From: Patescibacteria group bacterium UBA6816
Lineage (GTDB): Bacteria > Patescibacteriota > Patescibacteriia > UBA2591 > UBA6264
Assembly: GCA_002452615.1 (NCBI GenBank)
Contig: DKES01000021.1
Span: 1 to 59,692 of the forward strand
Length of the DNA stretch: 59,692 bases
Direction of reading: 5' to 3'
Under the pieces are notes generated by a model that was given only the letters and a program-made list of their open reading frames with translations, did no database searches and was not told the origin of the DNA. The position numbers and the translations under genes are program-made. Shown piece after piece: positions 9,478 to 18,596 of this stretch (its first letter is position 1; every line of letters begins with the position of its first letter).

Positions 9478-11055
9478 ATGGATCAACCAACAAAAAAAAT
9501 AATTGAATTGACCAAAGAATTAGCCTTAAAAAAATTTTCTAATCATGAAGATTTTTTTAAACTAATTCAAAAAATATGTTCAAAAAAAGAAATCCCCCTG
9601 CCTCGTTATAGTGAAATTTTTGCGGTTTATCAAAAATTAAAAAAACAAGGGAAAATTAAAAAAAACCCTTTTTTAGAAGAAATAAAAAAAAGACCAATTC
9701 GTTCTCTGTCCGGAGTAGCAATAGTGGCTGTTTTAACTAAACCCTGGCCTTGCCCAGGTCAATGTTTTTATTGTCCTTTAGAAAAAGGGGTGCCCAAAAG
9801 TTATTTATCCGGAGAGCCAGCAGTAGAAAGAGCTAAAAAATTAAATTTTGACCCTTATCTTCAGGCTAAAAAAAGAATCGAAATTTTAGAAAAAAATAAT
9901 CATCCAGTTGATAAAATTGAATTAATTGTTATTGGAGGAACTTGGTCTTATCTTCCCTCAAAATATCAAACCTGGTTTATTAAGCGTTGTTTTGACGGCG
10001 CTAATTTTTCTTCTAGTAAAAATCTAGCCGAAGCTCAAAAAAAGAATGAAAATTCAAAACATAGAATTATTGGTATTACTTTAGAAACTCGCCCTGACTA
10101 CATTGACGAAGATGAGTTAAGAAGAATGAGAAAATTGGGATGTACTAGAGTTGAAATTGGAGTCCAATCTACTGATAATAAAATTTTAAAGAAAAATAAA
10201 AGGGGCCACGGAGTTGAAGAAACAATAGAAGCAACAAGGCTTTTAAAAGATGCTGGTTTTAAAATTTGTTATCACTTAATGCCTGGCCTTTATGGTTCTT
10301 CTCCTAAAAAAGATTTATTAGTATTTAAAAAAATATTTTCTCAGCCAGAATTTCAGCCCGATATGATTAAAATATATCCTTGTGTTGTTACTAAAGGTTC
10401 TCAACTATACCAAGCCTATAAAAAAGGTGAATATAAACCATATTCTGATAAACAACTAATTAATCTTTTAATTAAAATAAAGAAGATTATTCCACCATAT
10501 GTTAGGATAAATCGATTAATCAGGGATATTCCCTCTTGGCAAATACAAGGAGGAAGTAAGGTGTCTAATCTTAGACAAACAATTCAAGAAAAAGCCAAAG
10601 AACAAGGAGTCTTTTGTCAATGTATTCGCTGTCGAGAAATTAAAACAGGAAAAATTAAAAAACAAGATTTAAAATTAATTAAAAGAGAGTATTCAGCATC
10701 AAATGGAAAAGAAATTTTTCTTTCTTTTGAAAATGAAAAAGAAAATAAATTAATTGCTTTTTGCCGTTTAAGGTTGCCAGAAAAAAATAATAAGTTTATT
10801 TTTTCTGTTCTCAAAGATAGTGCTTTAATCAGAGAACTTCATACTTATGGTCAATTAGTTGAAATTGATAAAAAAAATAAAAAAGCATCTCAACATTTAG
10901 GGTTGGGCAAAAAACTAATTAAAGAAGCGGAAAAAATTGCCCGAAAAAAAGGATATCATAAAATGGCCATAATTGCCGGAATAGGAGTTAGAGAATATTA
11001 TCGCCATTTAGGTTATCGTTTACAAAACACTTATTTAATTAAGTTATTAAAATAA
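9478..11055 (+). CDS. Elp3-like radical SAM/GNAT enzyme
   Basis: 525 aa. Cluster motif CPGQCFYCP followed by a radical SAM core. C-terminal acetyltransferase-like HLGLGKKLIKEAEKIA. Confidence 0.85.
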   Translation: MDQPTKKIIELTKELALKKFSNHEDFFKLIQKICSKKEIPLPRYSEIFAVYQKLKKQGKIKKNPFLEEIKKRPIRSLSGVAIVAVLTKPWPCPGQCFYCPLEKGVPKSYLSGEPAVERAKKLNFDPYLQAKKRIEILEKNNHPVDKIELIVIGGTWSYLPSKYQTWFIKRCFDGANFSSSKNLAEAQKKNENSKHRIIGITLETRPDYIDEDELRRMRKLGCTRVEIGVQSTDNKILKKNKRGHGVEETIEATRLLKDAGFKICYHLMPGLYGSSPKKDLLVFKKIFSQPEFQPDMIKIYPCVVTKGSQLYQAYKKGEYKPYSDKQLINLLIKIKKIIPPYVRINRLIRDIPSWQIQGGSKVSNLRQTIQEKAKEQGVFCQCIRCREIKTGKIKKQDLKLIKREYSASNGKEIFLSFENEKENKLIAFCRLRLPEKNNKFIFSVLKDSALIRELHTYGQLVEIDKKNKKASQHLGLGKKLIKEAEKIARKKGYHKMAIIAGIGVREYYRHLGYRLQNTYLIKLLK

Positions 11056-11118
11056 GCGCCCTGAGGTTTTTTAAATTCAGAGCACTTTGATTGCGAAAGA
11101 TAATATTTTTCCTTGTTA

Positions 11119-11158
11119 AGGTCGCACCTCTTTATTTTATAATTTAGAGGTGCGACCT
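11119..11158 (+). terminator. hairpin terminator after the Elp3-like gene
   Basis: 13-bp perfect stem aggtcgcacctct/agaggtgcgacct followed by cttgttttt on the plus strand. Confidence 0.6.
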
Positions 11159-11195
11159 CTTGTTTTTATGTTTTAATGTTTTTATGTTTTAATGA

Positions 11196-11240
11196 TTTTT
11201 CCCAATCCCTAAGTACCCAAGTACCTAATCCATGTTCTTA
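11196..11240. repeat. 45-nt dispersed element, copy 1
   Basis: tttttcccaatccctaagtacccaagtacctaatccatgttctta matches 39480..39524 at 41 of 45 positions. Its end contains the murF stop codon. Confidence 0.85.
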
Positions 11241-12545
11241 CGTCTTCAGCCATGACCGACTCTGACGAACTAAATATTTTTTAGCTAAATGGGGTTGGCT
11301 CATTAAACCCTTAACTATTCTTTCCATTCTTGTTGCTTGAGAACCTTTAATTAAAATTAAGTCCCCTCTTTTTATTCTGGGAAGAATAAAATCAACTACC
11401 CCTAAACAACTATTAAAACTAAAAATTCCTTCCTCTTTAAATCCAGATTGACGCGCTCCTTGAGCAATTGCTTTTGCTTCTTTTCCAATGGTTATTAAAT
11501 AATCAAAGTTCATTTCTGAAATTTCTTGACCGATTTGATAATGAGCTTTTAAACTTAATTCTCCTAATTCTAGCATATCCCCCAAAAGAGCCCATTTTTT
11601 ACTATTAAGGGGAAGATTAATTTTTTCTATTGTTTTTAAAGCTGATTTCACCGCCCGAGGAGAAGAATTATAAGTATCATCTAAAATAAGACTCTTATTT
11701 TTCCCCTTTAAAACTGACAACCGACCAGGCAAAGGTTGATAATCTTTAAGGGCTTTGGCCATTTCTAATAAATTAATATTAAAAGTTAAACCCACGGCCA
11801 GACCGGCTAAAACAGAATAAATCTGGGCTAAAGAAATAATTTGAGGTAAAAACATAGGAACAACCTTCCCTTGATAACTTATTTTAAAAGAAGAACCTTT
11901 AATTTCTAATCCTGATTCTTTAACTTCTTGCTCAATTTTCCATTCTAAAATTTGTAAGTCTGCTTGAGAAGAAAAACCATAGGTAATAATTTTGGCCTGT
12001 GTTTTTTCTTTTAAAGGCCAGACTTTATCGTCATCGGCATTTAAAATGGCCCAGTGTTCTGAAGATAAATGAGTAATAATGTTTTGTTTTTCTTTTACCA
12101 CTCCTTCAATGTTTTTAAAAAACTCTGTATGAGCTAAATCAATCGCTGTTAAAACTCCTACTTGACAAGGAGCTATTTTTAATAAATACCTAATATCCCC
12201 TGGTCGGTCGGCGGCCATTTCTAAAACTAAAACTTCTGGATATGATTTAATCTTAAAAAAAGATTTTCTCAATCCAGAAATAAAAACAATTAACCAACCT
12301 AATAAATTTTTTCCCGGGGAATTTTTGCCAATAACCGTTAAAGGCAATCCAATTTCATTGTTATAATTTCCCCAAGTTTTTCCTACTTTAAAATTGGTTT
12401 TTAATATTAAACTACTAGTCTCCTTGGCCGAAGACTTCCCCACACTTCCAGTAATTCCTACAATCTGGGGATTTTGTTTTTGAATTATTTTAATGGCTAA
12501 AAATTTTAAAATTTTTTGTAAAATTTGAGAAAACATATTTAACAA
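11238..12545 (-). CDS. murF: UDP-N-acetylmuramoyl-tripeptide--D-alanyl-D-alanine ligase
   Basis: P-loop GITGSVGKSS and the MurF-type GNYNNEIGLPLT motif. Last gene of the dcw block. Confidence 0.9.
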   Translation of the reverse strand: MLNMFSQILQKILKFLAIKIIQKQNPQIVGITGSVGKSSAKETSSLILKTNFKVGKTWGNYNNEIGLPLTVIGKNSPGKNLLGWLIVFISGLRKSFFKIKSYPEVLVLEMAADRPGDIRYLLKIAPCQVGVLTAIDLAHTEFFKNIEGVVKEKQNIITHLSSEHWAILNADDDKVWPLKEKTQAKIITYGFSSQADLQILEWKIEQEVKESGLEIKGSSFKISYQGKVVPMFLPQIISLAQIYSVLAGLAVGLTFNINLLEMAKALKDYQPLPGRLSVLKGKNKSLILDDTYNSSPRAVKSALKTIEKINLPLNSKKWALLGDMLELGELSLKAHYQIGQEISEMNFDYLITIGKEAKAIAQGARQSGFKEEGIFSFNSCLGVVDFILPRIKRGDLILIKGSQATRMERIVKGLMSQPHLAKKYLVRQSRSWLKT

Positions 12546-12553
12546 TTTAATTT

Positions 12554-14329
12554 TTAATCATTTTTATCTGGAGGAACATTATAATAATCAAGAATAAATT
12601 CAGCTAATTGACCAAAAACTGGTGCTGCCGTGGAATCAGCATATTTATATTTTTGAGGATTATCTAATTTAACTAAGGCCACAAAACGAGGATTAGTGGC
12701 TGGAGCAAAACCAATAAAAGAATGAATTACTTTATCAGAGTACCCGCCCTTGTCTTTAGGAACTTGAGCCGTCCCAGTTTTTCCCGCAACATAATAACCT
12801 GGAACTTGGGCTTTACCACCATAACCGTTTTCACAAACCGAAACCATCATCGCACTTAACAAAGAAGCACTCCCCGGAGAAATAACTTCTCTAATAAATT
12901 GGGGCTGATATTCTTTTTCTACCCCTCCTTGAATTGATTTTTTAACCAAATAAGGTTTCATTAAACGCCCTTGATTAGCAATCACCCCAACAGCATTAAT
13001 CATTTGAATTGGCGTTACTGTGATTCCCTGACCAAAAGAAGCCGTGGCTAAATATATTTCTTGTTTTTCATTAAGATTACTAATATCCCCAATAGCTTCG
13101 TTAGGAATTTCTATTTGAGTTAAACTTCCAAATCCAAATTTTTTTAAATAATTACGAAAATTATCACGGCCTACTTTTTGAGCCACAAATACTGCCCCAG
13201 TGTTAATTGATTTTTCTAAAACATTAGTCATGGTTTGACGACCAAAAGTTCGTTTTTCTACATTACTAATAGTTTCACCACTTAAAGTAATTTGACCAGG
13301 GTCAAAATAAGAAGTTTCTGGAGAAATCTTTTTGGTATCTAAACCAATCGCTAAGGTAATAACCTTAAAAATAGAACCGGGTTCAAAAACAGAATCAATG
13401 GCCTTATTTTTAAAAACAGCATAATCTTTTATTTCAGAATATTTATTCGGGTCAAAATCAGGTTCACGGCAAAGAGTTAAAATTTCTCCGGTTTGGGGGT
13501 CCATCACAATAATTTCTCCTGATTCAGCTTTATATTCTTGAACCGCTTCTTTTAATAATTGATGGGCAAAAAATTGAACCGTCCGGTCTAAAGTTAAAAT
13601 TAAATCCATCCCTTTTTCTGGCTCTTTGATTAAATTATCAGTAAGAATAAAATCTGCCCCACTTTGATTTTTTCTTAAACCAGGTTCTCCGGTTAATTCT
13701 TGATTAAAAAATTCTTCTAACCCATATTGTCCTTCGCCAAAAGAACAATCAATTCCCTGACAATCTGCAGTTGAGCGAAAAAATCCAGTGACATGGGAAA
13801 AAAGATTTTCTTCTGGATAATAACGTCGGGTAATTGATTCAAAACTAATTCCTGGTAAGCCGAGATTTTTAATTTCTTCTGCTTCTGATAAGGAAATATC
13901 TTTTTTTAAAACTTCGTAAAACCTTTGTTTGTCAGAAAGTTTGGTTAAAATATTTTTTAATTCATCGGTTTCTTCATTTTCTTCAATTAACCAAGTTTGT
14001 TCTAAAATTTTTTGTGATTCTTCTAAATCAAGATAAGGAACAATTTTTTCCCACCATTGGTCTAATGACATTTTAGAATTACTAATTTGATTGGGAGAAA
14101 CAATTAAATTATAAGTTTTATAATTAATTGCCAAAGGAGAAAGCTCTCCTTCGTCAAAAACAAAAATTTCTCCGCGGTCAGCCGGAATAATCTGTTCAAG
14201 AATATTTTTTTGATAAATATTTGTTCCTAAAAAATTATGGCCCCAAACTTGTAATTCAAATAAACGGGCCATAATTATAAAACCAAGGATAAAAATAACA
14301 ATAATAATAAAAGTAAACCGTCCCTTCAT
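12554..14329 (-). CDS. ftsI: penicillin-binding protein 2 / FtsI-type transpeptidase
   Basis: N-terminal TM. SIFK (SxxK), SIN (SxN) and KTGT motifs. Position in the dcw block. Confidence 0.9.
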   Translation of the reverse strand: MKGRFTFIIIVIFILGFIIMARLFELQVWGHNFLGTNIYQKNILEQIIPADRGEIFVFDEGELSPLAINYKTYNLIVSPNQISNSKMSLDQWWEKIVPYLDLEESQKILEQTWLIEENEETDELKNILTKLSDKQRFYEVLKKDISLSEAEEIKNLGLPGISFESITRRYYPEENLFSHVTGFFRSTADCQGIDCSFGEGQYGLEEFFNQELTGEPGLRKNQSGADFILTDNLIKEPEKGMDLILTLDRTVQFFAHQLLKEAVQEYKAESGEIIVMDPQTGEILTLCREPDFDPNKYSEIKDYAVFKNKAIDSVFEPGSIFKVITLAIGLDTKKISPETSYFDPGQITLSGETISNVEKRTFGRQTMTNVLEKSINTGAVFVAQKVGRDNFRNYLKKFGFGSLTQIEIPNEAIGDISNLNEKQEIYLATASFGQGITVTPIQMINAVGVIANQGRLMKPYLVKKSIQGGVEKEYQPQFIREVISPGSASLLSAMMVSVCENGYGGKAQVPGYYVAGKTGTAQVPKDKGGYSDKVIHSFIGFAPATNPRFVALVKLDNPQKYKYADSTAAPVFGQLAEFILDYYNVPPDKND

Positions 14330-14339
14330 AATAACTGTT

Positions 14340-14675
14340 CTATTTTACGGCTAAGCTTTCTTGGGAAGAGGAAAAAACATAATCTACTCCTTCTAGTTTA
14401 ACCATTTTCAATCCTTGTATCGTTTCATAAACATTGGCCATTGAACCTAAATTACTTGTTTGTTTCATTAATTCCTGGTTTTCTTTTTTAAGCGCTTCTA
14501 ATCTTTCTTTCATTATCTCTATTTTTAAACACTGGTTTACGCCGGTATTAACCTGCCACAAATAAACAGAAACCAACGTAAACAAAACCACTAAAGCACA
14601 ACAATTAAAAATTCTCACTCTTTTGGAAAGGTTTTTCCTCATAAATGATTTAAAAAATTTTTGGGCAATGGTCAT
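14340..14675 (-). CDS. FtsL-like cell division protein
   Basis: 111 aa with a single TM plus coiled coil. Lies between rsmH and ftsI, as ftsL does in dcw clusters. Confidence 0.55.
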   Translation of the reverse strand: MTIAQKFFKSFMRKNLSKRVRIFNCCALVVLFTLVSVYLWQVNTGVNQCLKIEIMKERLEALKKENQELMKQTSNLGSMANVYETIQGLKMVKLEGVDYVFSSSQESLAVK

Positions 14676-14706
14676 ATTAAATAATTTAATAAATTAATTA
14701 TAAAAA

Positions 14707-15609
14707 TTAAGAAATTTTTTCTCCGACTCTTAATTTAGCGCTCCGAGCGCGTTTATTCTTTTTTATTTCTTGCTCTGAAGGAGAGATTGGTTTTTTGGTT
14801 AATTCTTTTATCTTTGATTCATCTTTAAAAAATCTTTTAACAATCCGGTCTTCTCCGGAGTGATAACTAATCACTGCGATTTTTACTCCCTCGGGTAAAA
14901 TTTCCAAACTATCAGCTAAAACTTTTTTTAAATTTTCCAACTCATCATTAACTTCAATTCTTAAAGCCTGAAAAACACGTGCTGAACTTTTAATGTGATA
15001 ACGAAAACCCAAGGCTTGTTTAATTATTCTAACTAATTGATTAGTTAAAATAATTTTTTCCTTTTTTCTTTCAGCTAAAATTTCCCGGGCAATTCTTCCT
15101 GAAAATCTTTCTCCCCCGTAAATTTTAAAGATATTTTTTAATTCCTCTTCTGAATATTGATTAAGGATGTGGGCCGCGGTTAAATTTTTATGATAAGGAT
15201 TAAATCTCATGTCCAAGACTTCCTGACGCATAAAGCTAAAACCGCGACCACTTTCCTCAATTAAACCTGAGGATAATCCTAAATCAAAAAGAATGCCATC
15301 AACAGAAAAAAATCTGTTTTCTTTTATAATTTTTTTTAAATTAACGAAATTATCATTAATAATGATAAAATTTTTTTCTAAACCCAAATCTTTAATCTTT
15401 TCTTTTAACTTTAAAGCACTCTTGGGGTCAGCTTCAATTCCTAGAATTTTTCCTTGATAATTATTTTTTTTTAAAAGGGCTAAACTATGTCCTCCCTCTC
15501 CAATGGTCGCGTCAATAAAAAATTTATCCGATAAAGAATCTGACTGGTGAACTAAGTGTTCAGGGAGAAGATATTCTCCAACTTCTTTTAAAAGGACTGG
15601 AAAGTGCAT
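14707..15609 (-). CDS. rsmH: 16S rRNA (cytosine1402-N4)-methyltransferase
   Basis: HFPVLL start and the DATIGEGGHS motif. Immediately downstream of mraZ. Confidence 0.95.
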   Translation of the reverse strand: MHFPVLLKEVGEYLLPEHLVHQSDSLSDKFFIDATIGEGGHSLALLKKNNYQGKILGIEADPKSALKLKEKIKDLGLEKNFIIINDNFVNLKKIIKENRFFSVDGILFDLGLSSGLIEESGRGFSFMRQEVLDMRFNPYHKNLTAAHILNQYSEEELKNIFKIYGGERFSGRIAREILAERKKEKIILTNQLVRIIKQALGFRYHIKSSARVFQALRIEVNDELENLKKVLADSLEILPEGVKIAVISYHSGEDRIVKRFFKDESKIKELTKKPISPSEQEIKKNKRARSAKLRVGEKIS

Positions 15610-15620
15610 AAAATAAAATT

Positions 15621-16052
15621 TTAAATTCCTAAACCCTCTAAAGCTTCTGCAATTTCTGAACTGTCTTTTTCTGATTCTTGTTTATATTTTTTCCATTTAG
15701 TTTCATCCCAAATTTCTAAACGGTCATAAACTCCGGCCACCACTACTTTTTTCTTTAAATCAGCATATTTTTTTAAATAATCAGGTAAAGAAATTCTTCC
15801 CTGTTTATCTACTTTTGTTTCCATGGCTCCGGCAAGCATTAAGCGTCCAAAGGCTCGGTTCTTAGCCTTGCTAATAGGCATTTTAGAAATATTAGAAGCT
15901 AATTTTTTCCATTCTTTTTGGGGAAATAAAAAAAGGCAGGATTCCAACCCTCGGGTGACTACTGCCCCTGACAAAAGCTGTTTTCTAAACTTAACTGGAA
16001 GTCCCAGTCTATTTTTAGAATCAATTAAATAATTGTATTCACCAATAAACAT
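15621..16052 (-). CDS. mraZ: transcriptional regulator MraZ
   Basis: MFIGEYNYLIDSKNRLGLP and a second DKQGRISLP repeat. I prefer ATG 16052 to the track start (GTG 16076), because MraZ proteins begin MF.G. Confidence 0.92.
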   Translation of the reverse strand: MFIGEYNYLIDSKNRLGLPVKFRKQLLSGAVVTRGLESCLFLFPQKEWKKLASNISKMPISKAKNRAFGRLMLAGAMETKVDKQGRISLPDYLKKYADLKKKVVVAGVYDRLEIWDETKWKKYKQESEKDSSEIAEALEGLGI

Positions 16053-16068
16053 AAGCTTTTTAAATTGG

Positions 16069-16119
16069 TTATCCACAGTTTGTTATACTTATCCCCACTT
16101 TTATCCACTTTTATCCACA
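16069..16119 (-). promoter_or_regulatory. array of GTGG(A/G) boxes, putative MraZ operator
   Basis: The minus strand reads cTGTGGATAAAAGTGGATAAAAGTGGGGATAAG. The CCAC cores at 16115, 16105 and 16095 are exactly 10 bp apart. A fourth box lies at 16069..16077. All are just downstream of the -10. Confidence 0.55.
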
Positions 16120-16127
16120 GTGCTTAT

Positions 16128-16156
16128 ATTATATACCATTTTTTCCCACTAAGCAA
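16128..16156 (-). promoter_or_regulatory. promoter of the dcw operon (TTGCTT-17 nt-TATAAT)
   Basis: The minus strand has TTGCTT (16156..16151), a 17-nt spacer and TATAAT (16133..16128). Confidence 0.5.
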
Positions 16157-16203
16157 TAATTAGCTGTGGAAAACTTTTAATCCTGTTAATAACTTTTAAA
16201 GAA

Positions 16204-16230
16204 CAAAAAAGAGCCGGCTAAAGCCGGCCC
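16204..16230 (-). terminator. rho-independent terminator
   Basis: The minus strand reads GGGCCGGC-TTTA-GCCGGCTC followed by TTTTTT, downstream of the 283-aa gene. Confidence 0.75.
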
Positions 16231-16253
16231 TTTTAAACTTTCTACCTAAACAA

Positions 16254-17105
16254 CTATTTTACAAATATTTTTGAAAACCAACCAAAAAGACTAAAACCTC
16301 TTTTTTGTTGTTTGATTTCTTCTTGTCCTTTTTCTACTACTTGATTAATAGTGGTAATTTTTTCATCTAAAACTATTGAATCTTCTGGGCTTTCTAATTG
16401 TTCTTTTAATGATTCTAATTCCTGAACTTTTTCTGATTGTTCTTTTAATTTTTCTTCAGCTTTTTTCAATTGACTATAATTCGGACCAATTAAAAACTTA
16501 ACTACCCCTTTTCTTTCTTGAACCATGGAAAGAGCTTGTTCTGCTTCTTCTTGTATTTGATTTTGTACTTGAGCTACTTGTCTTATTTGGTCCCCCACTC
16601 CTTCATTTCTTTCTGCTACTTGAAGCATTTTTTGAACTGCATTCGCCACCTCACTGCGTCTCTGTAAAGATTTTTCATTTAATAACTCTTTTCCTTTTTG
16701 TTCTTGAGCCCCCTTTGCCGTATCCAGGGCTTTCTCTTGTTGTGGCTGTTGTTCTCCTAATTCTAATTCTAGTTCTGGCTCTGGAACCATAATTAAATCA
16801 GGAATTAATTCTGAATCTAATACTGGTTCTGATTCTTGTTCTTTTTGTTCTTGTTGTTTTTGTTCTAAAACATTTGTTGCTGAATCATTTAATCCTGTTC
16901 CGGGTTCATGAATCTGTTGATTTTGTCTTGACCTTGTTTCTTCATTTAAATCTTCGACTTCTCCTTCAAATTCAAATTCAGCCTCTATTACTGTTGTTTC
17001 TTCTGTTTGTCTTTGTGGTCCTTGTTGTTTTTGTTGAGCAAAAATTCCTAAAGGAAAAAGAATTAAAACCAGGAAAGCAATTAAAAATAATTTTGTTTTT
17101 TTCAT
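16254..17105 (-). CDS. secreted Gln/Glu-rich coiled-coil protein
   Basis: Signal peptide MKKTKLFLIAFLVLILFPLGIFA followed by a low-complexity Q/E-rich sequence. Confidence 0.75.
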   Translation of the reverse strand: MKKTKLFLIAFLVLILFPLGIFAQQKQQGPQRQTEETTVIEAEFEFEGEVEDLNEETRSRQNQQIHEPGTGLNDSATNVLEQKQQEQKEQESEPVLDSELIPDLIMVPEPELELELGEQQPQQEKALDTAKGAQEQKGKELLNEKSLQRRSEVANAVQKMLQVAERNEGVGDQIRQVAQVQNQIQEEAEQALSMVQERKGVVKFLIGPNYSQLKKAEEKLKEQSEKVQELESLKEQLESPEDSIVLDEKITTINQVVEKGQEEIKQQKRGFSLFGWFSKIFVK

Positions 17106-17199
17106 AAATAAAAATATTAATTTAAAATATTAGTGATTATTTATCTTACTCGACCTATGGTTTAATTATATACCTGTAACCTGTATTAGGCAATGCCTT

Positions 17200-18078
17200 T
17201 TAGGGTTGTAAAACATCTTCTACTCTATCATTAACAGAAATAACTACTTCGTCCACACTATCAAACTGTTTTAAGGTTTCAGCAATCTGGGCTCGAATAG
17301 CAGCTGTTAAACAAGAACCCCCAACTTGATATTCTAATTGTTCATTAAAATCAACATAAGCAACCCCTTCTTCAATTACTATTGATTGAATCTCTACTCC
17401 TTCATTAATGTTATTAAAATATCCTTGATCTTTTTCTTTTTCAGTTAATCCTTTAAATAATTCTTGGAGGGCGGCTCGGGCAACTCCTTTGGTGTAAGGA
17501 ATTTCTCTTTTAATTGGGAAAACTTTATTACAAAATATTTCATCATCAAAGTTTTTATTACTAAAATAAATATCTACGGTCATCTTCTCTAAAGGAACAA
17601 GAGTAATGGGAATTTCTATTTGGTCATCATTTTCTTTTAATCCCGAGGGATTATCTTTTTTTAAAATTAACATTGCCTCTGTTTTTTCAGAAACTGAAAA
17701 ATTAATAACAGCATTGAAAGGAATAAAATCTTCTGTCATCCAATCATCTTGAGCTTGAGCAATTCCCTGAGCAATAACTTCTCTTTGGGCATTTAAAATA
17801 TAAACGGGAAAATCTGCCTCAAAAAACCAAGTTCCTCGCGCTTCCCCAGTAATTTGTAAGGGCGTAGATATTTCTGCTCCGGCCTGAGGAGAAAAAAGCT
17901 TAATTAATTCTGTTTCTTTTACCAAACAAGGTTCAGTTGGTTTTAGCTCTGAGGGACGGCCTTGTTTAATCCATTCCCCATTTTCACAAACCCAAGTATT
18001 TTTCCCTCCTTTTAAGAGAAAAATTATCACGACTAAAAGAAAACAAATTAAAATGATTTGAATAATTTTTTTAAACAT
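17200..18078 (-). CDS. membrane-anchored Gmad2 Ig-like / GerMN domain protein
   Basis: N-terminal TM. The segment ISTPLQITGEARGTWFFEADFPVYI resembles a Gmad2 Ig-like domain. The C-terminal part resembles GerMN. Confidence 0.65.
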   Translation of the reverse strand: MFKKIIQIILICFLLVVIIFLLKGGKNTWVCENGEWIKQGRPSELKPTEPCLVKETELIKLFSPQAGAEISTPLQITGEARGTWFFEADFPVYILNAQREVIAQGIAQAQDDWMTEDFIPFNAVINFSVSEKTEAMLILKKDNPSGLKENDDQIEIPITLVPLEKMTVDIYFSNKNFDDEIFCNKVFPIKREIPYTKGVARAALQELFKGLTEKEKDQGYFNNINEGVEIQSIVIEEGVAYVDFNEQLEYQVGGSCLTAAIRAQIAETLKQFDSVDEVVISVNDRVEDVLQP

Positions 18079-18089
18079 ATTTAATTTTT

Positions 18090-18596
18090 TTAATTAAAGA
18101 AAATAAAAATTGTTAATAAAAATAAAGTGGTTAAAAGTATTACCGGCATAAAAGGATAATAATTTCCTTTTCGCCAAATCTTCCAAATAAAGCGGGTTAA
18201 TTTATTAATTAGGGTTATTAAAACCATAAAAATAAGAATAAGAAAAGGAGAAAACAAAGAACAGGCTGCCATTTTAGCCCAAACATCTCCCCAAGCAATT
18301 TTCCCTAAATAATGAAAACATAAAGGTAGGGCTAATAAAATTAATCCCCATTTAATAAAAAAATAAATAAAATTTTCTCCGACATAAAAATGATGGTAAA
18401 TATCTGTCCCTAACATCACTAAAACAAAAAGTATCCAAATTTGAAAAAATTCTTTTTGAGCTGATAAGTGTTTTAAATCAGAAAGAGTAGCCACGGTAAA
18501 AGAACCTAATAAAAAAAATAATAAATATATTTGTAAATTACTTAATTTAATTAAAAACAAAGATTGAATTAATTCTAAATCCATAAAATTAAGCAT
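18090..18596 (-). CDS. polytopic membrane protein, possibly A24-type (prepilin peptidase-like)
   Basis: 5-6 TM helices. Asp-containing motifs ATLSDLKHL and AWGDVWAK are loosely similar to the two catalytic Asp motifs of A24 peptidases. The function call is weak. Confidence 0.4.
   Translation of the reverse strand: MLNFMDLELIQSLFLIKLSNLQIYLLFFLLGSFTVATLSDLKHLSAQKEFFQIWILFVLVMLGTDIYHHFYVGENFIYFFIKWGLILLALPLCFHYLGKIAWGDVWAKMAACSLFSPFLILIFMVLITLINKLTRFIWKIWRKGNYYPFMPVILLTTLFLLTIFIFFN

Noticed and set aside
16069-16119. Replication origin, considering the cluster of DnaA-box-like 9-mers TTATCCACA. Single perfect boxes also occur at 52089..52097 (reverse) and 58907..58915.
   Set aside because: The cluster sits exactly between the dcw promoter and mraZ with a 10-bp phased GTGG core, which is the MraZ operator architecture. 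No dnaA or dnaN gene and no adjacent AT-rich unwinding repeats were recognised. Gene orientation does not switch here. The isolated boxes are roughly what chance allows in 60 kb of this composition. A genome-wide GC-skew analysis would settle it.
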